Shown piece after piece: positions 62,060 to 64,000 of a DNA stretch of 64,000 nt. Location of the stretch: the NCBI GenBank assembly GCA_963804645.1, contig CAWDRG010000004.1, positions 96,001-160,000 on the forward strand, given 5' to 3'. The notes under the pieces are model-generated. The model did not search any database. It was not told the origin of the DNA and saw only the letters and a list, made by a program, of their open reading frames with translations. Both the position numbers and the translations under genes were made by a program. The DNA is from an uncultured Bacillota bacterium (GTDB lineage Bacteria > Sysuimicrobiota > Sysuimicrobiia > Sysuimicrobiales > Segetimicrobiaceae). How positions within the stretch are numbered: position 1 is the first letter of the stretch; the number at the start of each line of letters is the position of its first letter.

Positions 62060-62166
62060 TGTATCTTAGATATGGAGCGTCCTCTTCAGCACGGTTTATG
62101 GACTTGTCCGCAAACAATCCATTCACCATGCCGGGGGCCGCTCTCCTATTTCTCGACCGACTCTAA

Positions 62167-62962
62167 GTGCAGCCCGCAACACCATGCACCCAGCCGGTGA
62201 GAGTCCGGTCCGGGGAGTTGCCCATCTTGCCCCGGTAGCGTTGCCCGGCGTCTTGAGGAGGTGACTCACAAGGCGAAAGCCCGGGCGTACAGGTCTCGGA
62301 GGCCCAGCAGCGATGCTGAGGTCGGTGGCCCAGGAGGCTTGCGACGGATGGGGCCGCAACATAACGGAATCACTGCAGCGCCGTAACGTTGACCCCACTT
62401 AGAGCTCCGAAGATGGAGTGCTCAGCGCCACGGTGGGGAGAGAAGGTGCCAAGCCCCTTTAGAGTGGGCGATGGCCGATGCAGAGGCGGAAGAAGGTGGG
62501 CAAACGCACGCTTCTGACCTTCCGGCGTAGGGGTGGCGGCAACATTCGAAGGGTGGATGGTCAAAGCGGGGAAGGTCTTCCGCTCGTGAGGCCGGCGCTA
62601 TAACCGGAGACGGGAAATGCGCGGGTGAGCGAAAGACTGGCGCATGGGGTCGTAGGAGCAATGATGGCGGTAACAACACACCGCCGGAGCAAAGGGCCCC
62701 TGGGAGCAGGGGCGATGAGGGGACACACGGCCGGCACACAGAGGCTGGGGTTCCGTGACTACAGGATCTCATCGCGGTAGGCGGGAGCAAACTGGTTGTT
62801 GCCTTGGGTCAGTCCAAGGATGACGAGGAAGGCTGCCGTTGAGGACCTGCTCTTCCAACCGGATTCGGGAAAACCGACCGTCCGGGATGAGGGTGGAGCG
62901 GGGAGGAAACGTGATCAGGCTCCTTGACGGTAACCTGACGGCGCGCCTCCTCGCTACCCGAC
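62167..62962 (+). ncRNA. ORF-less group II intron
   Basis: 5' GTGCAG...GGTGAGAGTCC; DV-like AACCGGATTCGG-GAAA-ACCGACCGTCCGG at 62857-62885; DVI ending ..CTACCCGAC; no RT ORF inside. Confidence 0.75.
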
Positions 62963-63054
62963 CACATACTCGGGCAGACGGTCGCATTGCTGAAGTAGTC
63001 TCGACACGCTCCGCATCCAGCCCCGGGCACCGGCGCCGCGCGTGCGCGGACGCG

Positions 63055-64000
63055 GTGACCCACATCCTCGGCGGTCGTCCCGCTCTCCGCCCCATCCTCT
63101 TCTCGGTCGGCGCACTCGCGGTGGTCGGCGGCGGTGTCCTGTGGGCGTTCCCTGGGCAGCGGCCCGAGTTTACGGTGGGCCTGATCGTCGTGTTTGCGCT
63201 CGCGGCGTGGTTCCACCCTGTTGTCGACGGGGTGGTGAGCCCCTATCTGCCGCTGGTGCTTGTGACGGTGTTGTTCTGGCGTCCGGCCGAAGTGTTGCTC
63301 GGCGTTGGGCTCGGCACGCTGATCGGTGTCGTGGGGCAGGGCCAGCCAGTGGGGCGCGCCGCGCCGATCGCGCTGGCGTCTGCCGCACCAGCGACCGTCG
63401 CATCGGCCGCGGTCGTCCTGCTCGCGGCGCACCTCCCCACGGTCGACCCCGTCATCGCCGTGATGCTCGGGCTCGTGCCGGCCGCGGTGATCTACCGGAT
63501 GCTGCACACCGCGCTCGTGCTCAGGATGCGGCGCGAGCGGTTCGAGGCGGGGTTCCTCAACGACTGGCGCGCGGCCCTGACCGCGAATCCGTCGGGACAG
63601 GGGACCGGACTGCTGCTCGGGGCGCTCCTTGCTGGTATTGCGCAGATTCACAACGACAGCCTCAATCTGATGGTGGCTGCCGTCGCGGCGTTGGCCTTAC
63701 CGCTGGCGCGGCAGACCATGCTCGCCTACCAACGCAACCGCGAGATGCTCGAGGAGCGGGTTGCGGCCACGATTGCCCGCCTCGACGCCGCCAACCCGGG
63801 GGCGCGCGCGCATGCGGAGCGGGTGAGCGCGCTGGCCGTCGCGACGGGCCGGCGCCTGGACATGCCCGACCAGGCGCTCGAGCTCCTTCGCGTGGCGGCA
63901 TGGCTGCACGACGTCAACATCCTGACCGATCCGCGCGAGGCCGTCACCGTCCCCGCGGCGACAGCGGCCGCGACGTCGTGGGAGACGCCCAGAACTGTGC
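63055..64000 (+). CDS. multi-TM protein with HD/HD-GYP-like domain, 3'-truncated by the window edge
   Basis: Open frame with several hydrophobic helices, then HAERVSALA...GRRL...LRVAAWLHDV. Confidence 0.75.
   Translation, partial: MTHILGGRPALRPILFSVGALAVVGGGVLWAFPGQRPEFTVGLIVVFALAAWFHPVVDGVVSPYLPLVLVTVLFWRPAEVLLGVGLGTLIGVVGQGQPVGRAAPIALASAAPATVASAAVVLLAAHLPTVDPVIAVMLGLVPAAVIYRMLHTALVLRMRRERFEAGFLNDWRAALTANPSGQGTGLLLGALLAGIAQIHNDSLNLMVAAVAALALPLARQTMLAYQRNREMLEERVAATIARLDAANPGARAHAERVSALAVATGRRLDMPDQALELLRVAAWLHDVNILTDPREAVTVPAATAAATSWETPRTV

Larger units (their letters stand above)
37062..64000. mobile_element. putative composite genomic island beginning inside selC; right end not in window
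   Basis: Truncated tRNA at the left edge, arm-like repeats, tRNA fragments, IS and intron remnants, accessory catabolic genes, no core genes. Confidence 0.55.

Noticed and set aside
37062..64000. Integrase gene for the putative island
   Set aside because: No ORF with tyrosine or serine recombinase motifs was found in the window.

Overview
High-GC bacterial window in two halves. Bases 1-37.0 kb are core chromosome with Bacillus-like gene order: Xaa-Pro peptidase, efp, rpsO, pnp, M16 protease, dapB-asd-dapA, UDG, rnj, ftsK, rodZ, cinA, thpR, recA-recX, a UvrD helicase-nuclease plus an Mre11/Rad50-like pair, SCO, rny-ymdB-spoVS, PHP, selA-selB and a comDE-like pair. It also holds an orphan type IV pilin and an intact IS256 with a 9-bp target duplication. 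Right after the sel cluster is the 5' half of a tRNA-Sec gene (selC) that stops just after the UCA anticodon arm and is followed by integrase arm-like repeats. From there to the window end the DNA looks like accessory island: an amine dehydrogenase-like gene, a GGT-family hydrolase, two peptide-type ABC systems, two hydantoinase/oxoprolinase A/B pairs behind a sigma54-like promoter, tRNA-Pro and tRNA-Arg 3' fragments (att scars), IS630/IS110 remnants and three group II intron traces, one an apparently complete ORF-less intron with a variant domain V. The strongest lead is an element that interrupts selC and could switch selenocysteine decoding on by excision. This is inference: I found neither the other half of selC nor an integrase in the window. 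All calls come from reading motifs by eye, with no database searches.
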